A DNA stretch of 63,973 nucleotides, the filler included, from Actinomycetota bacterium (GTDB taxonomy: Bacteria; Actinomycetota; Actinomycetes; JAKEEW01), in NCBI GenBank assembly GCA_046725875.1. It is 5 parts of 5 records of this genome, joined end to end, with 100 filler letters (N's around TTAATTAATTAA, not from the genome) between each part and the next. Parts side by side here need not be neighbours in the genome. Positions count along the whole stretch, not along the records: positions 59,289 to 63,973 come from JBKOZJ010000175.1; 4 more parts are not named here. The stretch is one strand, 5' to 3'. Position numbers and translations under genes: made by a program. Numbering within the stretch: the stretch's first letter is position 1; the number at the start of each line of letters is the position of its first letter. This document shows positions 63,280-63,973 of the stretch, piece after piece. The notes under the pieces were generated by a model. It was not told where the DNA came from. It worked only from the letters and a program-made list of their open reading frames with translations, and made no database searches.

Positions 63280-63451
63280 GGTGAAGTCCGGTCCATATCT
63301 CCTCAGCGGCGGCGTGCGCCGGCGGCCCGGGTGCCCGACCCGTCCCTGCATGGACAGCTCGCTCGGGAGGGCCTGCGCATGGTGGGTGTGCCCTCGTGTC
63401 GCCCCATGTGAGGTTGTGCTCACGGCTTCCTGCAAGTTCACATAGCGGAGT

Positions 63452-63763
63452 TCAGGGGGCGAGCTTGAGACCCGGAATACCGCGGCCGGTGGCCTCCCAC
63501 CGCGGGATCGGCGCCAGCCCGAAGACTACGATCCGCCCACCCTGCACGCGTGCTTGCGCGACGGCGCGCTCCAGTACCGCCTGCGCCTCAGATGACCACG
63601 ACAGCAGCTCAGTGAGATCCAACAGCAGGTCCGGCCGGGGGCAGGAACTGTATCGAGACAACGCATCCCGGAACTGACCGATGGTGCTCCAATCGATGAT
63701 CCCGTTAACGGCCAGCAGGGCCCTGCCCGATCCGACGACGCTACCTTCCAGATTCAGGCGCAC
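63452..63763 (-). CDS. STAS-domain protein
   Basis: LAVNGIIDWSTIGQFRDAL..LLLDLTEL..GGRIVVFG; RBS gagg. Confidence 0.7.
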   Translation of the reverse strand: MRLNLEGSVVGSGRALLAVNGIIDWSTIGQFRDALSRYSSCPRPDLLLDLTELLSWSSEAQAVLERAVAQARVQGGRIVVFGLAPIPRWEATGRGIPGLKLAP

Positions 63764-63973
63764 GGCCTACCTCAAGACTGCCGGCCTCCCAGGGCCGGCG
63801 CAGAAGCTGCACCAGACAGCTACAAGGATCCTAACACTCCCTGGACCTCGTCATCTGTCCCTGTGCCATCCGAGGCGGGCCGCACAAGCAGCGAAGACCT
63901 GCTAGGACCGGTTGCCCCACGTGGTCGGTCTGTGATCGAGCACGGGCGCCACTGGCGGGCGCGTATGAGATCC

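Overview
High-GC actinobacterial DNA made of five contigs joined by artificial linkers (N run, TTAATTAATTAA, N run; at 8562-8661, 29040-29139, 50559-50658 and 59189-59288), so adjacency across them is not biological. Contig 1 is core: an OmpR-type two-component system, a GtrA protein, purK-purE, UDP-glucose dehydrogenase and two acyl-CoA dehydrogenases. Contig 3 is also core: guaB, guaB3, glpD, glpK, a GabD-like dehydrogenase, choD, guaA and a PspC two-component module. Contig 2 opens with tRNA-Lys(CTT) and a decayed ~3 kb integrated element bounded by a 77-bp direct repeat. It continues with ~17 kb of small accessory genes and gene fragments. Contigs 4 and 5 are accessory: NUDIX, GNAT, VOC and DinB genes, three hydrolases, a FilP homolog, a dead tyrosine recombinase, DUF5994 and STAS genes. 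Best leads: (1) a small minus-strand gene (21501-21274) whose Cys-rich motif CCGNYGQPGC is followed by an in-frame UGA, a SECIS-like hairpin with the E. coli fdhF spacing and a His-rich extension, i.e. a candidate small selenoprotein; (2) a ~200-nt multi-hairpin ncRNA candidate with its own promoter and terminator (22586-22785); (3) a CATATCAAGCATGAG intergenic motif recurring between cassette-like genes; (4) two long imperfect palindromes. All calls were made by eye; no searches or folding programs were run.
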